A stretch of 64,000 bases of DNA, taken from positions 1-64,000 of the forward strand of contig CAXXXF010000016.1 of assembly GCA_963667175.2 (NCBI GenBank), written 5' to 3'. This document shows positions 57,543 to 64,000 of the stretch, piece by piece (within the stretch, counting starts at the first letter, position 1; each line of letters starts with the position of its first letter). Source of the stretch: Candidatus Latescibacterota bacterium (GTDB lineage Bacteria; Latescibacterota; UBA2968; GCA-2709665). A model generated the notes under the pieces. That model made no database searches, was not told where the DNA came from, and saw only the letters and a program-made list of their open reading frames with translations. The translations under genes and the position numbers were made by a program.

Positions 57543-59330
57543 ATGGGCAAGCGGAGCGATTACAACGGCCCCAAATACATCGTCGTCGCCGGCGGTGTGA
57601 TGAGCGGCGTTGGCAAGGGACTTGCCACTGCGTCCATCGGAAAAATCCTGCAGCAGCATGGATACAAAGCGACAGCGATAAAGATCGATCCCTATCTCAA
57701 TTACGACGCCGGCACCCTGCGTCCGACCGAACACGGAGAAGTGTGGGTAACGGACGACGGCGGCGAAATCGACCTGGACCTCGGGAACTACGAGAGATTC
57801 CTGGGACTCGATCTTCCAAGGACGAACAACCTGACCACGGGCCAGATTTACCACACCGTTATCGAGCGGGAACGCCGCGGAGAGTATCTGGGCAAGACCG
57901 TTCAGCCGATCCCTCATATCACCGATGAGATCAAGCAGCGAATTACCGATTCGGCGAACGGGTTCGACGTCGCGCTGGTAGAAATCGGCGGCACAATTGG
58001 CGATGACGAGAATCGGCCCTTTTTGTTTGCAATGAAAAGCCTTGAGCGGGAGGTAGGCGAGGAAAACGTCATATACGTGCTGGTAACCTATCTTCCGGTG
58101 CCCGGTCACGTGGGCGAGATGAAAACCAAGCCCACTCAGCATGCGATCCGGTCCTTGAGCGAAAACGGCATATTTGCGGACTTCATCATCTGCCGCGCGG
58201 TTGAAGCGCTCGACGACGTGAGGAAGCGAAAAATCGAGATTTCGGCGAATATTTCGGCGGACCGGATTATCTCTGCACCCGACGTGGACAGCATCTACCA
58301 GGTTCCTCTGGAATATGAAAAGGACCGGCTGGGCGAGAAAATCCTGGATGAGTTCGGTTTGACTCCCAGGAAGAACCCCGACTGGGAGCGATGGTGTGAG
58401 TTGCTGGAAATGATCCGCGGTCCGAGAGAACGGGTGCGCGTGGCGATGGTAGGCAAATACGTCGGAATAGGGGATTATGAATTTCAGGATTCCTATATCT
58501 CCGTCAATCAATCCCTCGAACACGCGGGCGCACTGCTTGACACCAAGGTGGAAATCGACTGGATAGATTCCAACCGCCTGGAACTTCACGACGTTGGCGA
58601 GGCGCTCGCCGGATACCATGGCATTATTGTGCCCGGGGCGTTTGGAGAAGGCGGCGCCGAAGGCGCCATCAACGCCGTCCGTTACGCCAGAGAAAACCAG
58701 GTGCCCTTCCTGGGGCTGTGTTACGGCCTGCAGATGGTCGTGGTGGAATACGCGCGCCACGTGGCCGGATTGAGCGATGCGAATTCCGTCGAAATGGATC
58801 CCGATTCGCCGCACGCAGTCATCGACATTCAGTATGCGCAGCGGCAGATCATCGAAGAAAACCGATACGGCGGCACCATGAGGCTGGGAGGGTACGCGGC
58901 CGTTTTGCGGCGTGAATCCCGGGTGCTCGACCTCTACGAGCGAACGGGAAGGCTGGAGGAGGATACGTGGCGGATCCAACAACTGCGGGAGCGCCCCGAT
59001 CAGGTGTTCCGGTGCGGTGTGATCCTTCCCAGCGAGAACGCGGTGGTTGAGCGGCATCGGCACCGGTATGAAGTCGCGCCCAAATACGTGGACCTGCTTG
59101 AGGAATACGGGCTGTTCTTTTCGGGATTCCACCGCAGGGAGGATGGCACCAAGCTGATGGAGTTCGCGGAACTGCCCGATCATCCGTTCTTTGTCGCAAC
59201 CCAGGCACATCCCGAGTTCAAATCCCGTCTGGAACACCCTGCGCCGCTGTTTTATGGACTGATCAACGCGTCCATCCGCTATTCCGAAACGGGTCGGGAG
59301 GAATCCGTACACATCGGAATAGAAACATGA
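57543..59330 (+). CDS. pyrG: CTP synthase
   Basis: GGVMSGVGKG, KIDPYLN, HGEV, EIGGTIGD, KTKPTQH, GLCYGLQ, ERHRHRYEV, QAHPEFKSR; GGAGGAG RBS. Confidence 0.96.
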   Translation: MGKRSDYNGPKYIVVAGGVMSGVGKGLATASIGKILQQHGYKATAIKIDPYLNYDAGTLRPTEHGEVWVTDDGGEIDLDLGNYERFLGLDLPRTNNLTTGQIYHTVIERERRGEYLGKTVQPIPHITDEIKQRITDSANGFDVALVEIGGTIGDDENRPFLFAMKSLEREVGEENVIYVLVTYLPVPGHVGEMKTKPTQHAIRSLSENGIFADFIICRAVEALDDVRKRKIEISANISADRIISAPDVDSIYQVPLEYEKDRLGEKILDEFGLTPRKNPDWERWCELLEMIRGPRERVRVAMVGKYVGIGDYEFQDSYISVNQSLEHAGALLDTKVEIDWIDSNRLELHDVGEALAGYHGIIVPGAFGEGGAEGAINAVRYARENQVPFLGLCYGLQMVVVEYARHVAGLSDANSVEMDPDSPHAVIDIQYAQRQIIEENRYGGTMRLGGYAAVLRRESRVLDLYERTGRLEEDTWRIQQLRERPDQVFRCGVILPSENAVVERHRHRYEVAPKYVDLLEEYGLFFSGFHRREDGTKLMEFAELPDHPFFVATQAHPEFKSRLEHPAPLFYGLINASIRYSETGREESVHIGIET

Positions 59331-59884
59331 AACCGGGCAGGACATCCCCGGTCCCATGCGGGATATGCCTGATTTTCGCTTTGCTGTCGGGCTGTTCGCC
59401 GTCTTCCCGGCATTCATCTTCACCGGAAGGATCCAAACCACCGGATCAGGAGGCATGGGGATGGAACACGGTGGTCACCCGAAACGGCAGAAAACGCGCC
59501 GAGGTGGCGGCCGGGCATTTTCGGAAATACGATCGCACGTTGATCGCCCTCCTCGACAGCGGCGTGGCGGTTTCCTTTTACGACGGGACCGGGCGGAACA
59601 GAGTGTCGGCATTGACGGCGCTGCAGGCGGAGATTCACGAAGCGTCCGGTGAATTGGTGGCTATGGGCCAGGTCGCGGTGGTCGCCAGCAATGGAACCCG
59701 CCTGGAAACCGATACGTTGCGTTGGAACCGTGAAACAGATCGGATCAACGGAAACGGGAGAATGACCCTCAGGCGTCCTGACGGAGAAGAGACCGGGATC
59801 GGATTCGAGGCGTCATCCGATCTGACATGGTGGAAGATGCACCATGTATCTACGCGCCTGGGCAGGTCAGATTCCCTCCGGTAG
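59327..59884 (+). CDS. lptC: LPS export ABC transporter periplasmic protein LptC (lipoprotein-type)
   Basis: Lipobox LLSG-C, PDQE, V.V.FYD..G, L.TDTL.W, G.GFE; located between pyrG and lptB. Confidence 0.8.
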   Translation: MKPGRTSPVPCGICLIFALLSGCSPSSRHSSSPEGSKPPDQEAWGWNTVVTRNGRKRAEVAAGHFRKYDRTLIALLDSGVAVSFYDGTGRNRVSALTALQAEIHEASGELVAMGQVAVVASNGTRLETDTLRWNRETDRINGNGRMTLRRPDGEETGIGFEASSDLTWWKMHHVSTRLGRSDSLR

Positions 59885-59926
59885 CTGTTCGTCCATCCAC
59901 TCATCCACCCCTGCCCTTCCTTCTCT

Positions 59927-61248
59927 ATGCGCTTCACCGTTTTTTTTTGCTTTTCCTCGCCACGGCCTTCCCTGCACACGCGACAGAGTTGATTCGTGCC
60001 GACCGCAGTGAAACCATCCTGCGTGATTCCGGTGTTTTGCGGATCGAAGCGGGCAACGTTTCGTATCGGCAAACGGAACGGCTGCTCAGCGTGACTGCAG
60101 ATTCCGCGCGTCTGTGGATACCGGACGAGGGGTTATCGGAAGCGAGGTTTTTCGGTCGGGTCGTCTACCGGGATTCAGCAATACAACTGGATGCCGCCAA
60201 CCTGACGTACCTTCCCCGCACGGCGGTGGCAACCTTTTCGGGTAAGGTGAGGGTCACCGAAAGTGACCGCCTCCTGACGGCACGGCGGGTGGCGTACCAC
60301 AAGAATGAGCATCGGATGGACGCCGAGGGCGGGGTGACGTTGAATTACGGCCGGCAGGGGATTATTCTGCGCGCACCGGAAATGACGTATCATGTGTTGG
60401 CGGATTCTGGCTCCGGTACAGGCGGCATTCAAGCCGTACGTGTGCCGGAACCATCGGGTGATTCCCTGACCGTCCGGTCGGAATCGATGGTTTTCGCCAA
60501 TCAGAGTGATCGCATCGACTTCCTGGGCCGGGTCGGTATGGAACACGCCGGAATGGTTGCGGGCGCGCCGCGCGGCCGCTATTTCAGAGTGTTGGACCGG
60601 CTGGAACTGGACCGAGGGGCATCCGCCGTCTGGATTCAGCGCGATGAAGCTCGGGCCGATTCCGTGACGTTCAACGCCGAGCGGATGCAGGTTCACGGCG
60701 CGGCCGGGAATATACTGGACGAAATAGTACTGATTGGCGACTCCAGGCTGCGGATGGAATCCGCACAGCCGGAGCATGGCGGATCGCAAACGGTTAACGG
60801 AGACTCTGTTGTGCTGGACATGGCAGGGGGGAGGATTGTTGGCATCGAAGCATCGGGCGAGGCGTCAACGATGGTGATCGCGCGGAATGGCGCCACCGTA
60901 GACCTTGTGGGTCAACAGATTTCCATGGACTTTCTGAATGGGGATCTCGACAGCCTGACGGTTCAAGGAGTCGGCAACGGCATCTTCGTCTCATCTGACA
61001 GCGCAACCGTAAGTCGAATTTCCGGCGGCATGATCGCGTTCGGATTCGATCGGGGCGCCGTACGAAAAGTCGCGGTCATTGAATCCGCACGGTGTACGCA
61101 CCGTTCGGAAACCGACAAAACCGGTGACATCCAGCTCTCGGGAGATCGCGTGAACCTGGTCTTCGAGGGCGACAGGCTTACCGACGTTCGGGCCGAAGGC
61201 GGAGTTCGAGGCCGATACAGGCCGGTTGAAGCCGGAGAGGCGCCGTGA
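59927..61248 (+). CDS. lptA: Long LptA/OstA-repeat beta-jellyroll protein, with an apparent frameshift in the T9 run of its signal peptide
   Basis: Repeated L.AD/L.A..V.Y..A.G.V strands; between lptC and lptB; the ATG at 59927 gives MRFTVFFLLFLATAFPAHA if one T is added. Confidence 0.7.
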
Positions 61249-61967
61249 TCCTGAAAGCCCGGAACCTCGTCAAGTCCTACCAGCGCCAGCGGGTTGTCGA
61301 TGGCGTCGGCGTCGAGGTGAATCCCGGAGAGGTCGTGGGTCTTCTGGGCCCGAATGGGGCGGGGAAAACCACCACCTTTCACCTGATTGTGGGGCTGGTT
61401 CCGTGCAACCAGGGGGAAATCTTCCTCGGCAACGAGGAAATAACCGGCCTGCCGATGTACATTCGGGCGCGAAAGGGCATCGGCTATCTCGCCCAGGAAC
61501 CCTCTGTATTCCGAAGACTCTCCGTGAGGCAGAACATCCTCGCGGTGCTGGAAACACTTCACCTGACGCGCGCAGAACAGGAATGCCGCCTCGAAGAACT
61601 TCTGCACGAACTTGGACTCTCCAGTCTTGCGGATCGCAGGGCGGACCGGCTTTCGGGCGGCGAAGCCCGCAGACTGGAGATAACCCGCGCTCTGGCCAGG
61701 CGTCCCAGATTCCTGCTGCTGGATGAACCGTTCGCCGGTATCGATCCGAAGGCGGTCGAAGATATCCAGGCGATCATCCAGACGCTGAAGAACCGGCGTA
61801 TCGGACTTCTGGTAACCGATCACAATGTACGCGAAACCCTGGCAATCACGGACAGGTCTTATATACTCTCCAACGGCAGGATTCTGACCTCCGGCAGCCC
61901 GGTCGCACTGACGGGAAACCCGGAGGTGCGTCGCGTGTACCTCGGGGACAGGTTCCGATTGGACTGA
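61245..61967 (+). CDS. lptB: LPS export ABC transporter ATP-binding protein
   Basis: GLLGPNGAGKTT, GIGYLAQEPSVFR, LSGGE.RRLEI, LLDEPFAGIDP, TDHNVRETL, VYLG. Confidence 0.96.
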   Translation: MILKARNLVKSYQRQRVVDGVGVEVNPGEVVGLLGPNGAGKTTTFHLIVGLVPCNQGEIFLGNEEITGLPMYIRARKGIGYLAQEPSVFRRLSVRQNILAVLETLHLTRAEQECRLEELLHELGLSSLADRRADRLSGGEARRLEITRALARRPRFLLLDEPFAGIDPKAVEDIQAIIQTLKNRRIGLLVTDHNVRETLAITDRSYILSNGRILTSGSPVALTGNPEVRRVYLGDRFRLD

Positions 61968-62143
61968 AAGAAAAATGGGATTGTCACGCGATCCCGTTTT
62001 CCTTATTATTTGGTCACGCAGCCAACGGGTTGCCGAATGAATTTCGAACCGGCAGATCGGTCCGGCCGGGCGAGTGTTGCAATTTGCAACATTTTGATTA
62101 TACGGATTTTAAACGACTATTCGTCAGGGATCCTCAGACGCCG

Positions 62144-63613
62144 ATGATTCAACTGACCCAGACCGTTTCTCTTCAACAGAAGCTGGCGCCGCAGCTCATC
62201 CAGTCCTTGCGGCTCCTGCAGATGCCTTCGCTGGAATTGGAGCAATTGATTCAGCAGGAACTGCAGTCTAATCCGCTTCTGGAAATCTCCGAAGAAAACA
62301 TTCGCGACGACGAGGAATGGGATTTGGAGTCGGGCCGTTCGGATGCGGAAGAACTCGACAGCGGAAGGGAGGATCCGGACGACGGTGATCCTCCGGAACT
62401 TGAATTCGGCGACGCGGCAATGGCCGACGGCCGGTTCGATGAAAATCAGTGGAACGAACTCCTTAACGACGCCGGATATACCGCGCCCCGGCAGGAGTTC
62501 GACCCCAATGCCGAAGAATGGGAGTACGACGGCGCGGGGCAGCAGTCATTGGAAGCGGAATTGCGAGCCCAGCTCTCCCTTACCGATTTGGACGATGAAG
62601 AGCGACAGATCGGTGAGTACATCATCGGCAATATCGACGAAGATGGCTTTCTGCAGGCGGAAGTCGGGGACGTCGCCGACGGGCTCGGGGTAGCGCCGGG
62701 GACCGTGGAGCGAATTCTGGATGTCATACAGACCTTCGATCCACCTGGCGTCGGCGCAAGGAATCTGCAGGAATGCCTGGCGATCCAGCTCCGTGAGCAG
62801 GGGCTGGAGGATTCGCTCGCGATGCGGATCGTGTGCGACCACTGGGACGACCTGGTGAACCGCCGATACATGAAAATAAGCAGGTCACTCGGGGCGGACC
62901 GGGCGGCAATTGCCCACGCCGAAGGCGTGATCTCCGGCCTGAATCCCAAGCCGATGATCTACAGGGAAGGCCGTATCAATCACAATCTGGTTGTCCCCGA
63001 CCTTGAGGTTCAGAAGGTCGGCGATGAGTATGTGGTGTCGCTGATCGACCGCAATCTGCCCACCCTGCGGGTCAGCCCGGTGTACAGGACCCTGTTGAGC
63101 AAGTCGGGCAAACCGGGGAGCCAGGCAAGGAAATTCGTGGTGGATCGCCTGAATTCGGCCCGCTGGTTCATCAGCGCGATCAATCAGCGCCGGACCACCA
63201 TGCTCAAGGTGATGCGGTGTATTGTCGACAACCAACGCGCATTCTTCGACAAGGGCGTCGGATTTCTTAAGCCCATGGTCCTGCAGGAGGTTGCCGACCG
63301 GGTCGAGATGCACGTTTCGACAATCAGCCGCGTCAGCAACGGGAAATACGTACAGACGCCACACGGTGTATTCGAAATGAAGTACTTTTTCGACGGCGGG
63401 TTGTCCCGCAACAACGGCGAAGACATCGCTGCGCGGAGCGTAAAGCAGAAGATCGCCAGGCTGATTGCTGAGGAGAACGCCAGCAGGCCCTTGAGCGATC
63501 AGAAAATCGCCAACCTGCTGAAAGAAGACGGTATCGCTATTGCCCGCCGCACCGTAGCCAAATACAGAGATCAGCTGAAGATCAATCCGGCCAGATACAG
63601 AAAGTCGATCTGA
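62144..63613 (+). CDS. rpoN: RNA polymerase sigma-54 factor
   Basis: QQKLAPQLIQSLRLLQ, NPLLE, IGNIDEDGF, GVGARNLQECL, H.STISR, LSDQKI, RpoN box ARRTVAKYR. Confidence 0.97.
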   Translation: MIQLTQTVSLQQKLAPQLIQSLRLLQMPSLELEQLIQQELQSNPLLEISEENIRDDEEWDLESGRSDAEELDSGREDPDDGDPPELEFGDAAMADGRFDENQWNELLNDAGYTAPRQEFDPNAEEWEYDGAGQQSLEAELRAQLSLTDLDDEERQIGEYIIGNIDEDGFLQAEVGDVADGLGVAPGTVERILDVIQTFDPPGVGARNLQECLAIQLREQGLEDSLAMRIVCDHWDDLVNRRYMKISRSLGADRAAIAHAEGVISGLNPKPMIYREGRINHNLVVPDLEVQKVGDEYVVSLIDRNLPTLRVSPVYRTLLSKSGKPGSQARKFVVDRLNSARWFISAINQRRTTMLKVMRCIVDNQRAFFDKGVGFLKPMVLQEVADRVEMHVSTISRVSNGKYVQTPHGVFEMKYFFDGGLSRNNGEDIAARSVKQKIARLIAEENASRPLSDQKIANLLKEDGIAIARRTVAKYRDQLKINPARYRKSI

Positions 63614-63642
63614 AGGCGGAAAGGCAGCCAGCACCGGAAAGA

Positions 63643-63701
63643 GAAAACCGGCGGAATCCGGAGCGCGGGAGGTAACGCGCTCCGGTCCCGCCGGTTTTTT
63701 T
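63643..63701 (+). terminator. Intrinsic terminator after rpoN
   Basis: AAAACCGGCGG..CCGGAGCGCG-loop-CGCGCTCCGG..CCGCCGGTTTTTTT. Confidence 0.8.
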
Positions 63702-63745
63702 GTCCCTTTTGCAGGTGTCGTCGACGCCGCCCCGAGTGCCAACGT

Positions 63746-64000
63746 CTATCCGCCGGATTGAACGGCGCTGATTTCGTCCCTTGATATCTTGTGCACGCTT
63801 TTCGGATTGAAGGTCTGCCGCGTGCTCGAACGGAGAGCAACTTCGATTCTTCCTCCGGTCAAGACGAAAAACTGGAGGAGGAACCCACCGCCCTGCATCG
63901 ACTCCACCTGAAATTCATCGGGGTCCATCCCGTGGACCCATTCAGGCAGACGCGCCTCGAAACGGGCATCGGCGCAAACGGATTCCGGCAGTGCCATGAC
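63746..64000 (-). CDS. C-terminal part of a hypothetical protein running off the window edge
   Basis: Open frame converging on the rpoN terminator; no motif recognised. Confidence 0.4.
   Translation of the reverse strand, partial: VMALPESVCADARFEARLPEWVHGMDPDEFQVESMQGGGFLLQFFVLTGGRIEVALRSSTRQTFNPKSVHKISRDEISAVQSGG

Noticed and set aside
57501-59456. 651-aa antisense ORF, and similar long shadows such as 11604..13316(-), 43..1113(+), 1819..3024(+), 18324..19589(+)
   Set aside because: They lie exactly opposite well-supported genes and have no motifs; this is the expected stop-poor antisense frame in GC-rich coding DNA.

Overview
GC-rich, gene-dense window from a diderm bacterium. The gene content (lptC/A/B-rpoN, PhyH, Gfo/Idh, paired hydantoinases, GH88/BNR-4) is reminiscent of Latescibacterota-like FCB lineages, but that placement is inference only. 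The two ends are core-genome blocks: phoH-7TM/HD-ybeY-corC, lipoprotein+LysM, aspS-hisS and an rnhB::yraN fusion on the left; FAD/Fe-S oxidase-acyP-apt-tRNA-Arg, ruvX-mltG-pcrA and gatC-pyrG-lptC-lptA-lptB-rpoN on the right. The middle (about 11.5-48 kb) holds a heterodimeric ABC exporter, many orphan catabolic enzymes, two hydantoinase/oxoprolinase A+B pairs, tRNA-Gly, a BNR-4/rmlA/GH88/DUF547/ArsS run and arsC. I found no CRISPR array, prophage or transposase. The most unusual signal is non-coding. There are two families of MITE-like elements (three copies of one, one of the other), and every copy carries a 19-33 bp CCTG...CAGG palindrome. Where an empty site can be compared, the palindrome sits exactly at a G^C step with no target duplication. 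One palindrome is nested inside another, and one replaces the host element's apical hairpin. Other notable points: an archaeal-like CTP synthase at the native pyrG position, an unannotated multi-zinc-finger protein, a coiled-coil lipoprotein/LysM pair, and two single-base frameshifts (phoH, lptA) that may be assembly errors.
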